NCBI GenBank assembly: GCA_009377755.1
Contig: WHTM01000015.1
Location: forward strand, 22,520-86,519
Length of the DNA stretch: 64,000 bases
Reading direction: 5' to 3'
Source: Hyphomicrobiales bacterium
Lineage (GTDB): Bacteria > Pseudomonadota > Alphaproteobacteria > Rhizobiales > Xanthobacteraceae
The notes beneath the pieces are model-generated. The model worked only from the letters and a program-made list of their open reading frames with translations, did not search any database and was not told the origin of the DNA. Below, in pieces: positions 1-7,995 of the stretch. The position numbers and the translations under genes are program-made. How positions within the stretch are numbered: position 1 is the stretch's first letter; the number at the start of each line of letters is the position of its first letter.

Positions 1-667
1 TCCGCTCCGCCTCGATCAAGAGATCGCGCCGTGCCGCTGGTTCGATGGCGCCGTGCGAAGTCAGCAGACCGGCCCATGCACCGCGAATCTCCTTCAGGAA
101 GGTCAGCGTGAGCTGCCAGTAGTCGTCGACATCGCGCGGCACCAGGCCGTCGAGCCGCTCCCAGCCGACCCGCCGCGTCGTCATGTCGTCGATCAGCCGG
201 GCGAGATCGTCGGCGAGCGCCAGCGCCGCCACCGGGGTGGTGGCGATCAGCGGCACACCGGATTGTCCGCGCCCACCCGGCGACGCGGCCCATGCGCCGA
301 TGAGTTGCGCCAGCAACAGCCGCCGCTCCAGCCCGCGGAGCGCCAGCGGCAGGTCGAACGCGGCTTCGCCGAATACTCCCGCGGCCGCCTCGGCAAAATC
401 CAGCTCGTCCTCGTCGACGTCGCCGATGGCGACGATGCGCGGCAGGATCGCGGCGTCGGTGGTGAGGGCGTCGAGAAACGCGTCGCGCGCCAGCCGGCAG
501 GCGCGGCGCGTCGGCAGATAGAGCGTCGCACCGGCGAGCCGCAGCGGATCGTCGCCCGGACCCGGAAAGCCCGGCACCAGCCGGCCGCCGAGCAGTGCCC
601 GGACCAAGACCTCCAGGAACGGCGCCGACGCCGGAACGGTGAAGATGCGCGGGTTACGATTCGCCAT
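1..667 (-). CDS. addB: double-strand break repair protein AddB, N-terminal part (gene runs off the left edge)
   Basis: Absent from the ORF track because it is open to position 1. Minus-strand ATG at 667 gives MANRNPRIFTVPASAPFLEVLVRALLGGRLVPGFPGPGDDPLRLAGATLYLPTRRACRLARDAFLDALTTDAAILPRIVAIGDVDEDELDF..., with no stop down to position 1. This N-terminus and the addB-murU-amgK/tsaE neighbourhood are typical of alphaproteobacteria. Confidence 0.6.
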   Translation of the reverse strand, partial: MANRNPRIFTVPASAPFLEVLVRALLGGRLVPGFPGPGDDPLRLAGATLYLPTRRACRLARDAFLDALTTDAAILPRIVAIGDVDEDELDFAEAAAGVFGEAAFDLPLALRGLERRLLLAQLIGAWAASPGGRGQSGVPLIATTPVAALALADDLARLIDDMTTRRVGWERLDGLVPRDVDDYWQLTLTFLKEIRGAWAGLLTSHGAIEPAARRDLLIEAER

Positions 668-690
668 GCGGGATCATAGCATCCCAGGGC

Positions 691-826
691 TGTCGTCCCG
701 GCCGAAGCGGCCGAAGGCCGCGGAGAGCCGGGACCCATAACCATCGCCGGGAGTATGGGTCCCGGGTCTCGCTGCGCTCGCCCGGGATGACGGTGGCGGG
801 GTCGCGCGGGGACGACAGCGGAGAGG
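691..826. repeat. intergenic nested-palindrome repeat, family A (GTCGTCCCGG..GAGCCGGGACCCAT / ATGGGTCCCGG..CCCGGGATGAC)
   Basis: Outer and inner inverted arms are visible. The same arms recur at about 3113-3377, 16652-16762, 18690-18832 and 24578-24710. Boundaries are approximate. Confidence 0.6.
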
Positions 827-835
827 GATGTTAAA

Positions 836-1549
836 CTACCCCACGCTCGCGACCATCGCGTCCTCGGCGTCGGCGACCGCTTCCGGCGTGCCGACATGCA
901 TCCACACCCCTTCGAGCCGCAGCCCGAACAGCCGCTCGGCATCGGCGGCGTGGTCGAACAGCCGGGTCAGCGAGAATGCGCCTTCGGGCGCATCGGCGAA
1001 CAGCGCCGGCGACAGAATCGCGGCGCCTGCATAGACGAAGGGGACGACGTCGCGTTCGGCACGGCGGACGAGGCGGCCGCTCGCCGCCATCCGAAAGTCG
1101 CCGCGGCCGGTATAGCCGACGCTCGTCGCCGTCGGCGCCAGCAGCAGCAGTGCGTCCATCCGCGTCCGGTCGAACGCATGGCCGAGCCGCACGAGGTTCG
1201 GCTTCACGCCGTCGATCCACAGCGTGTCGGAATTGACGGCCACGAACGGCCCCTCGCCCAGGAGCGGCAGCGCCTTGACGATGCCGCCGCCGGTCTCCAG
1301 CAGTTCCTCGCGCTCGTCGGAGATGACGATCCGCGGCCGCGTGCGGCCCGCGAGGTGCTGCTCGATCGCGTCGGCACGATAGTGGACGTTGACCACCGCG
1401 CGCTCGACTCCCGCCTCTGCAAGGCGGTCAAGCGCGTGATCGATCAGCGGCTTGCCGGCGACCTTGACCAACGGCTTCGGCAGCGGGTCGCTGTGCGGGC
1501 GCATCCGTTTGCCTAGCCCGGCGGCGAGCAGCATGGCGGTGCTCAGCAA
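836..1549 (-). CDS. murU: nucleotidyltransferase family protein, MurU-like (N-acetylmuramate-1-phosphate uridylyltransferase)
   Basis: N-terminal NTP-transferase glycine loop LLAAGLGKRMRP..LPKPLVKVAGKPLIDH. About 237 aa, directly downstream of an AmgK-like kinase. Confidence 0.65.
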   Translation of the reverse strand: MLSTAMLLAAGLGKRMRPHSDPLPKPLVKVAGKPLIDHALDRLAEAGVERAVVNVHYRADAIEQHLAGRTRPRIVISDEREELLETGGGIVKALPLLGEGPFVAVNSDTLWIDGVKPNLVRLGHAFDRTRMDALLLLAPTATSVGYTGRGDFRMAASGRLVRRAERDVVPFVYAGAAILSPALFADAPEGAFSLTRLFDHAADAERLFGLRLEGVWMHVGTPEAVADAEDAMVASVG

Positions 1550-3106
1550 TCAAATCTCCTTGGACGTCGTCGGCGCCGGCACATGCGTGCCGTACCAGGC
1601 ATCGAGTGGCGCCAGTGCCGGATGCGCGAGCGCGCGCCGCAGATAGGCCCATATGCGCGGAATGTGACGAAGATACTGTGGCTTGCCGTCGCGCCGAGCG
1701 AGGCGTGCAAAAATGCCGAGTATCTTCGCCGCGCGCTGCGCCGCCATCGTGGCATAGAGCCTGGCGAAAGCGGCAAAGTCGAAGTTTGGATCGAGGTCAC
1801 GCCGCGCCCTCACGTAACGGCCGATCAGCGCGATTTCCATCGTCTCGGGCACGTCCACGCGCGCATCCTGCAGCAGCGAGGCAAGATCGTAGGCGGCCGG
1901 TCCGATCAACGCATCCTGGAAGTCGAGCAGGCCAACCCGCGCGGCGCCGCTGCGCTCCGGCAGCCAGAGCAGGTTCGGCGAATGGAAGTCGCGCAGCACC
2001 CAGGTCGGCGGAGCCTCGATGGCCAACTGAAGAGCATCGCGCCACAAGGCCATGAACACGTCGCGGCTCGACGGTGAGATCGCGGCGGCGACATGCGGCA
2101 GATACCAGTCCAGCAACAACTCGGCCTCGATCAGGAACGCCTCGATGTCGTAGCGCGGGATGCGATACTCGACGTGCGGCGAGACCGGCAGCGTCTGCGG
2201 CAACTCTTGGCCATGCAGACCGGCGAGAAGATCGACGGCCGCCGCATACCGCTCTTCGATCGGCGCCGGCGGGTCGCCGTCGACGACACGGCGGCCGCCG
2301 AAGTCCTCGAGCAATACCAGTCCTTGCGCGGTATCGGCATGGAAAATATCCGGCGCCGACAGGCCGCGGGCGCGCAGCCCCATCGCCATCGCGACGAACG
2401 GCACCACATCCTCGGCCAGGTGCGCGATGGCGCTGTACGGCTTACCGTCGCGCACCGGCGGTCCGTCCGGCCGGCGCGGCGCGTTCATCAGAATATAACT
2501 ATGCCCTTCGAGCACCACCCGCTCATAGTTGCGGGTCGATGCATCCCCTTGCAGCCGCCGGCGCTGTGCGGCCGTGAACCCGGATTCGTCGAGGAATCGG
2601 CGGATGGCGCCGATGCGGTCGACGCGCGGTGCAACCGTCCCGTAGCCGGTCACGCGCACGTTGCGGTGATCGAGGCCCCGCTGCGGCACCAGGGTGAGCG
2701 CGATATCGATCCGGTCGGGCGGAAGAAAGCCCGCCGCCCGATCCGGCCATTCCAGCAGCACCGCCGCCTCGTCCGGCAGACCGTCGAAGCCGAGCTCGGC
2801 CAGCTCGGCGGAGCCCGACAGGCGATAGAGGTCGGCATGCACGAGCGGAAAGCGTGGAAGCTCATAGCTCTGCACCAGGTTGAAGGTCGGGCTCGGCACC
2901 TCGATCGTCTCGTCGTCTGCGAGATAGCGGACCAGCGCCCGCGCGAATGTCGTCTTGCCGGCGCCGAGATCGCCGGAGAGCGTCACCAGATCGCCGGGCT
3001 CGAGCGCCACCGCGATATCGACCATGAAGCGGCGCAGCGCCGCTTCATCCGCCAGCGCCACCGAAAAGCTCGAACCGCCTGACGTGGTCGGAAGCATAAA
3101 CCTCAC
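1550..3106 (-). CDS. tsaE: bifunctional TsaE (t6A ATPase) / AmgK-like phosphotransferase fusion
   Basis: N-terminal TsaE Walker A GDLGAGKTTFARALVRYL. C-terminal APH/choline-kinase fold with DFHSPNLLW and LLDFQDA motifs. GTG at 3106 or ATG at 3097. Confidence 0.75.
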   Translation of the reverse strand: MRFMLPTTSGGSSFSVALADEAALRRFMVDIAVALEPGDLVTLSGDLGAGKTTFARALVRYLADDETIEVPSPTFNLVQSYELPRFPLVHADLYRLSGSAELAELGFDGLPDEAAVLLEWPDRAAGFLPPDRIDIALTLVPQRGLDHRNVRVTGYGTVAPRVDRIGAIRRFLDESGFTAAQRRRLQGDASTRNYERVVLEGHSYILMNAPRRPDGPPVRDGKPYSAIAHLAEDVVPFVAMAMGLRARGLSAPDIFHADTAQGLVLLEDFGGRRVVDGDPPAPIEERYAAAVDLLAGLHGQELPQTLPVSPHVEYRIPRYDIEAFLIEAELLLDWYLPHVAAAISPSSRDVFMALWRDALQLAIEAPPTWVLRDFHSPNLLWLPERSGAARVGLLDFQDALIGPAAYDLASLLQDARVDVPETMEIALIGRYVRARRDLDPNFDFAAFARLYATMAAQRAAKILGIFARLARRDGKPQYLRHIPRIWAYLRRALAHPALAPLDAWYGTHVPAPTTSKEI

Positions 3107-3112
3107 CAGCTA

Positions 3113-3377
3113 TCGTCCCGGCCGAACGCCAAAGCAGGCAAGTTTACGCAGCCTGCGTACACTTGGCTGCGTGCAGGCAAGTTTACGCAGCCTGCGTACA
3201 CTTGGCTGCGTGCAGGCAAGTTTACGCAGCCCTGCGTGGCTGCGTGCGCGCGAGCCGGAACGCCATGTACCCCTGTGGTGCCGAATCGGACGGAGGCGGT
3301 TCCTGTTCAAATACCCCAAGGCAGGGGTATGTGGGTCCCGGTTCGGCTCGCTGCGCTCGCCGCCCGGGATGATGGCG
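3113..3377. repeat. family A palindromic repeat carrying an internal tandem repeat
   Basis: Left arm TCGTCCCGGCCGAAC and right arm GTGGGTCCCGG..CCCGGGATGATGG flank the 39-bp tandem array. Confidence 0.55.
3134..3247. repeat. 39-bp tandem direct repeat, about 2.9 copies
   Basis: Unit GCAGGCAAGTTTACGCAGCCTGCGTACACTTGGCTGCGT starts at 3134, 3173 and 3212. The first two copies are identical and the third is degenerate with indels. Confidence 0.85.
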
Positions 3378-3389
3378 GTAAATCCGATC

Positions 3390-5906
3390 TCAAGCCGCAG
3401 TGCGCACCGGGACATGATCGAGCGGAAAAATGCAAGTCACCGTCGTACCGGTGCCGATCGCGGATTCGATCCGCACCATTCCGCCGTGCAGCTCGACGAA
3501 GGACCGCACCAGGGAAAGGCCAAGGCCGGTGCCGCGGTGCTGCGAGCCGAGCGAATGGGTCTCGAACCAATGGAACACCCGGTCCTTCATCTCCGTGGGA
3601 ATGCCCGGGCCGCGATCGGTGACCGCGAATACAACGGCGTCCGACCGCCGGTCCGCGGTCAGCGTCACCGCCTCGCCGGGTGGTGAGAAGCCCACGGCGT
3701 TGGCAAGCAGGTTGAACAGAATCTGCCGCACGCGTCGCTCGTCGGCGGTGAAGCTGCCGATGTCCGGCACCACGCGGATATCGAGCGATATACCGTCCTT
3801 GACAAGGCGATCCTGGATGCCCTCAGCCGCCGCCTCCATGGTCTGCCGGATGTCCACCGGCCCAAGGTTGAGCGTCATTGCGCCGGCATCGATAGTGGCG
3901 AGATCGAGGATATTGTTGATGATCGCCAGGAGCGCGTTGGTCGAGACGTTGATGTAGCCGAGATACTCGTGCTGCTTGCCGGTGAGCGGCCCGGTCGACG
4001 GATCGCCGAGGAAGTGCGCGAAGCCGATGATATTGGTCAGGGGCGAGCGCAGTTCGTAGGACACGTGGTGGACGAAGTCGATCTTGATCCGGTCCGCGGT
4101 CTCAAGCGCCTCGTTGCGCTCGCGCAACGCCCGCTCGACATTCACCGAATCGGTTATGTCCTGGAACGTGACCAGCGTGGCTCCGTCCGGCAGCGGCACC
4201 GTCGCACAATCGACGACGCTGCCGTCGTTGCATTCGACGCGGCCCGCGACCGGATCGCGCTCCTCGATCGCGGTGACGGCGGCGCGTACCGCCGCCCAGG
4301 TGACATCGCCGTGATGCAGCGGCTTGCACCATTCCGCCACCGCTTCGATATGCGGCCGTTCGGCCAGCGCCGTCGGCGAAAGCTTCCACATTTGCGCGAA
4401 GGCGGGATTGAACAGACGGATACGCCCGTCGCTGCCAAACACCGCGACCGCCTCGCCGAGATTGTCGAGGGTCTCGCGCTGCACCCGAATCAGGCCATCG
4501 TAGCGGCGTTGCAGATCGAGCCGTTCTGTCACATCGTGGAACAGATAGGTCACGCCGCCTTCCGGATTCGGAGTCGTGACGACCCGCAGCGTACGGCCAT
4601 CGGGCAAATACCACTGCGACTCTTCCGCCTCGACCGCGCGATAGGCCTCGTGCAGCTGCGCTTTCCACTGCCGGAAATCCTGCTGCTCCGGCAGCTTGCG
4701 CGCGGCGCGCAATTGATCGAGCACGGCCGAATCGGTCGGGCGCTCGTCCAGCAACGCCGGATCGAGATCCCACAACAGCCGATATGCCGTGTTGTAGAAG
4801 GTGAGCCGGTGATCGGCGGTGAAGATGGCGACCCCGGTGGCGAGCTGGTCGAGCGTGCGGCGGTGTGCATCGACCATCCGCGCGAGCTCCGTGCGCAAGG
4901 TCTCCGCTTCGGTGGCGTCCACGGCGATACCCGCGCTGCCGCGCCCGGTGGGCACCTCGACGACATCGAAGTTGCGGCGCGCACCGGCAACCACGGCGGG
5001 AAGCCGGCCCGTAAAGGCCGTCCGCGCCGCACGCGCGCGGGCGATGCCCTCGCGGACGCCGCGCTCGATCAGTTCGGTGCCGCTTGCGATCGCATCCGCT
5101 CCCTCCTTGGCCTCGACTGCGCGCGTATAGGCGGCATTGACGAAGGTGAGCTTGCCGGCGGCGTCGCGCATCCAGACCGGCGCCGGAAGCGCATCGACCA
5201 GCGCGCGCAAGGATTCGACCTCAGTGACGAGTGCGGCATGTCGCGCCGTCAGCTCATTCAGTTCGCGCTGTACGCCGGTCACGTCCTTGAGGCGGAGCAC
5301 TGCCCGCCCGCCGATCACCCGCCCGGCCGCCTCGATCGGCCGGCCCGCGAGCGTGGCCAACGTCATCGCGAAGCCGGCGCCGCTGCTGCGCAGCGCGTCG
5401 ACCGCGTGCTCCAGGGCCGATGCTTGCTCGGCATCGAGCCAGGTCCCGAACGCCAGCACCCGATACGGCGCCGAGGCCGGCGCCACCAAGGTAGCATCGC
5501 CGATGATCTCCGGCTCGTCGGCAGCCGCCGCCCAGGCGACGATCACCTGCGGCTCGGAGTGCAGCAGCGCGCTGGCACGGTCGTTCTGCACCTTCAGACT
5601 GATGATTTCATCGTGCGCGGCAGCCTCGCGGCGCGCGCCGCGGGCGCGCGTGCGCACCAGCAGGATCGCGGCGCTGACCGCGAAGCAGAGCACCCCCAGC
5701 GTTAGCGCGATCGCAACGGTCTCGTGACGCCCGAGCGACAGCAGGGCATGCAGATAGGTGTCAAGGAACGGCTCGCCGAAGCCGGCGGCATCGGCGCGGG
5801 TCGCCAACGCGGCGGAGGGCAGGACCGCCGCCAAGCCGCTTCGGAATCCGCGCCGCCGCGGTTGAGTACGGATACTCCCGCACGTCGCCCGGAGCGCATC
5901 CGGCAT
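3390..5906 (-). CDS. divL: membrane-anchored multi-PAS sensor kinase homologue with Tyr at the phospho-acceptor position (DivL-type)
   Basis: The H-box reads DFVHHVSYELRSPLTNIIGF, with Tyr (codon 4056-4058) where histidine kinases have His. A C-terminal HATPase region is present (GTGLGLSLVRSFVELHGG) and there is no receiver domain. Start taken at ATG 5906, preceded by AGGGG; the track start 6002 is less likely. Confidence 0.65.
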   Translation of the reverse strand: MPDALRATCGSIRTQPRRRGFRSGLAAVLPSAALATRADAAGFGEPFLDTYLHALLSLGRHETVAIALTLGVLCFAVSAAILLVRTRARGARREAAAHDEIISLKVQNDRASALLHSEPQVIVAWAAAADEPEIIGDATLVAPASAPYRVLAFGTWLDAEQASALEHAVDALRSSGAGFAMTLATLAGRPIEAAGRVIGGRAVLRLKDVTGVQRELNELTARHAALVTEVESLRALVDALPAPVWMRDAAGKLTFVNAAYTRAVEAKEGADAIASGTELIERGVREGIARARAARTAFTGRLPAVVAGARRNFDVVEVPTGRGSAGIAVDATEAETLRTELARMVDAHRRTLDQLATGVAIFTADHRLTFYNTAYRLLWDLDPALLDERPTDSAVLDQLRAARKLPEQQDFRQWKAQLHEAYRAVEAEESQWYLPDGRTLRVVTTPNPEGGVTYLFHDVTERLDLQRRYDGLIRVQRETLDNLGEAVAVFGSDGRIRLFNPAFAQMWKLSPTALAERPHIEAVAEWCKPLHHGDVTWAAVRAAVTAIEERDPVAGRVECNDGSVVDCATVPLPDGATLVTFQDITDSVNVERALRERNEALETADRIKIDFVHHVSYELRSPLTNIIGFAHFLGDPSTGPLTGKQHEYLGYINVSTNALLAIINNILDLATIDAGAMTLNLGPVDIRQTMEAAAEGIQDRLVKDGISLDIRVVPDIGSFTADERRVRQILFNLLANAVGFSPPGEAVTLTADRRSDAVVFAVTDRGPGIPTEMKDRVFHWFETHSLGSQHRGTGLGLSLVRSFVELHGGMVRIESAIGTGTTVTCIFPLDHVPVRTAA

Positions 5907-6062
5907 ATCTGCTAGCCCCTCTCGGCGCCACCGCCGGCCTGGCAGCGGTGTGGTCCGGCCGTGTCTTGGCGGGCCGGGTCCGCCGTCCCGTCCGCGAATC
6001 ACGCGACTTTACCCTCAAGCTGACTCGGCGAGAAAGAGTCCAGAGCGTGAACATGCAGGCCT

Positions 6063-6521
6063 TCACGCCGTGCCGGTCGATCCGAACCCGCCCGAGCCGC
6101 GCGTGGTCTCGTCCAGCGCGCGCACCTCGACGAGATGCGCCCGTGACACCGGCGCGATGACGAGCTGCGCGATGCGCGCGCCGCGGGTCACGCTGAACGG
6201 CTCGCTGCCAAGGTTGATCAGGATCACCTGGATTTCGCCGCGGTAGTCGGCATCGATCGTGCCAGGCGTGTTGAGCACGGTGACACCATGACGCGCGGCG
6301 AGGCCCGATCGAGGCCGCACCTGCGCCTCCGTCCCCGCCGGCAAGACGATCGCGATCCCGGTCGGGACGAGGGCATGCGCCCCCGGCGCCAGTATCAGCG
6401 GAGCCGCCTCCGGCACAGCGGCAAGGAGATCGAGCCCTGCGGCCTGTGGGCTTTGATATACCGGAAGCGGCAGGCCCGCAGCATGCGGCAGGCGCAGAAT
6501 GCGAACCTCGATGTCGTTCAC
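6063..6521 (-). CDS. dut: dUTP diphosphatase
   Basis: 152 aa. Begins [32 protein letters not shown], contains [10 protein letters not shown] and ends in GGFGSTG. Overlaps the coaBC stop by 4 nt. Confidence 0.9.
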   Translation of the reverse strand: MNDIEVRILRLPHAAGLPLPVYQSPQAAGLDLLAAVPEAAPLILAPGAHALVPTGIAIVLPAGTEAQVRPRSGLAARHGVTVLNTPGTIDADYRGEIQVILINLGSEPFSVTRGARIAQLVIAPVSRAHLVEVRALDETTRGSGGFGSTGTA

Positions 6522-7954
6522 GAGTGTGCTCCGGACACTTTTGCCGCAATGCGCGCGATCAATGTGGCCGCGACCTCATCCTTTGTCTGCGTCGGCCACG
6601 ACTCGACGCCGTCCGCGGTGACGAGATGGATGGTATTGTTGTCGCCGCCGAACACGCCGCTCTGCGGCGATACGTCATTGGCAAGGATCCAATCGCAGCC
6701 TTTCTGCTTCAGCTTCGCTTTGGCGTTGTCGACGACATAGCTGGTTTCGGCGGCGAACCCGATCACCAGCCTCGGACGCTTCGACGTGCGCTTCGCCACC
6801 GTCGCCAGGATGTCGGGGTTCTCCACCATCGTGAAGGTCGGCGGCTCCGCGCCGCTGCCTTTCTTGAGTTTCTGTGTTCCGGCCTCGGTGACGCGCCAAT
6901 CCGCGACTGCGGCGGCAAAGATAGCGATATCGGCCGGCAGCGCAGCTTCGAAGGCGTCGAGCATCTGTCGGGCGGTCTCGACCTTCACCACCGCAACATC
7001 AGGCGGATCGGCGACCGCCACCGGCCCGCTGATCAGCACCACATCGGCGCCCGCTCGCGCTGCCGCCGCCGCGATGGCATGGCCCTGCCGGCCGGAAGAG
7101 CGATTGCCGATGTAGCGCACCGGATCGATCGGCTCGTGCGTCGGGCCCGACGTCACCAGCACCCGCCGGCCCGCGAGCGGCCGTCCGGGCGGCGCCAGCA
7201 GCGCCTCGACGGCGGTGACGATCTCCAGCGGCTCCGCCATGCGGCCAGTGCCGGCTTCGCCGCGTTCGGCCATTTCGCCGGCATTCGGGCCGACGAACGC
7301 AACGCCGTCCACGGTAAGCTGTGCGACGTTGCGGTGCGTCGCGGCGCGCGCCCACATGTGCGGATTCATCGCCGGCGCCAGCAAAATTGGCGAATCCGCC
7401 GCAAGCAGCACGGCGGTCGCGAGATCGTCGGCGTGGCCGCCCGCCATCTTCGCCATCAGGTCGGCGGTTGCCGGCGCCACCACGATCAGGTCGGCCTCGC
7501 GCGCGAGCCGGATGTGGCCGACGTCGAACTCGCTCTGCGGGTCGAACAGGTCGGTGAACACGGCGTCGGCCAGCGCTCCGGCGGCAAGCCGGGTCACGAA
7601 CTCCTGTCCGGCGCGAGTGAGGATGCAGCGCACCTCAGCGCCGCGCTCGCGCAGCCGCCGGATCAGGTCGAGCGACTTGTAGGCGGCGATTCCGCCACCG
7701 ATGATCACGAGGATACGCTTGCTGCCGGCGACAGGCGTGGGCATGACGCGGTGGGACGGGCTTGGCTTGGCCCGCGGCGCAACGATCGAAGACGGGGGAC
7801 TGATCGTCTCCAGAGCCTGGTGGCCGGTCTCCTCCGCGGCTTCGCGCAGGATCGTGCGGACTTCGTCCTCCACGGAGCGTCCGTGGCGTGCCGCGCGCAG
7901 GCGCAGCAGCGTTTTCAAGGCGTCATCGAGCTTTCGGACCGTCAGGCTGGCCAT
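6518..7954 (-). CDS. coaBC: bifunctional phosphopantothenoylcysteine decarboxylase / phosphopantothenate-cysteine ligase CoaBC, with in-frame N-terminal ribbon-helix-helix-like extension
   Basis: The flavoprotein start [16 protein letters not shown] and the CoaB half are recognisable from residue 71 onward. Residues 1-45, [42 protein letters not shown], look like a FitA/VapB RHH. An alternative start is ATG at 7744 (Met71). Confidence 0.8.
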   Translation of the reverse strand: MASLTVRKLDDALKTLLRLRAARHGRSVEDEVRTILREAAEETGHQALETISPPSSIVAPRAKPSPSHRVMPTPVAGSKRILVIIGGGIAAYKSLDLIRRLRERGAEVRCILTRAGQEFVTRLAAGALADAVFTDLFDPQSEFDVGHIRLAREADLIVVAPATADLMAKMAGGHADDLATAVLLAADSPILLAPAMNPHMWARAATHRNVAQLTVDGVAFVGPNAGEMAERGEAGTGRMAEPLEIVTAVEALLAPPGRPLAGRRVLVTSGPTHEPIDPVRYIGNRSSGRQGHAIAAAAARAGADVVLISGPVAVADPPDVAVVKVETARQMLDAFEAALPADIAIFAAAVADWRVTEAGTQKLKKGSGAEPPTFTMVENPDILATVAKRTSKRPRLVIGFAAETSYVVDNAKAKLKQKGCDWILANDVSPQSGVFGGDNNTIHLVTADGVESWPTQTKDEVAATLIARIAAKVSGAHS

Positions 7955-7970
7955 GGCGGATCATAGCCTA

Positions 7971-7995
7971 TGATTGCATTGCAATCAATGCAATC
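7971..7995. promoter_or_regulatory. candidate operator: 17-bp perfect palindrome plus an extra direct half-site
   Basis: TGATTGCA-T-TGCAATCA at 7971-7987, followed by a second TGCAATC at 7989-7995. It lies 17-41 nt upstream of ATG 7954 and overlaps the GMC gene stop codon. Confidence 0.4.

Noticed and set aside
53-679. 208-aa plus-strand ORF at the left edge
   Set aside because: It is antisense to the addB 5' end. The minus-strand frame from ATG 667 gives a typical AddB N-terminus and is open to the window edge.
3134-3247. Tandem 39-bp repeats considered as a possible CRISPR array
   Set aside because: The units are directly adjacent with no unique spacers. There are fewer than 3 copies, no cas genes are present, and the array is embedded in a REP-like element.
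3969-5705. 578-aa plus-strand ORF inside the DivL-type gene
   Set aside because: Antisense shadow ORF. The minus strand has PAS, DHp and HATPase motifs.
6446-7966. 506-aa plus-strand ORF opposite coaBC
   Set aside because: Antisense shadow ORF with no motifs. coaBC on the minus strand is clear.
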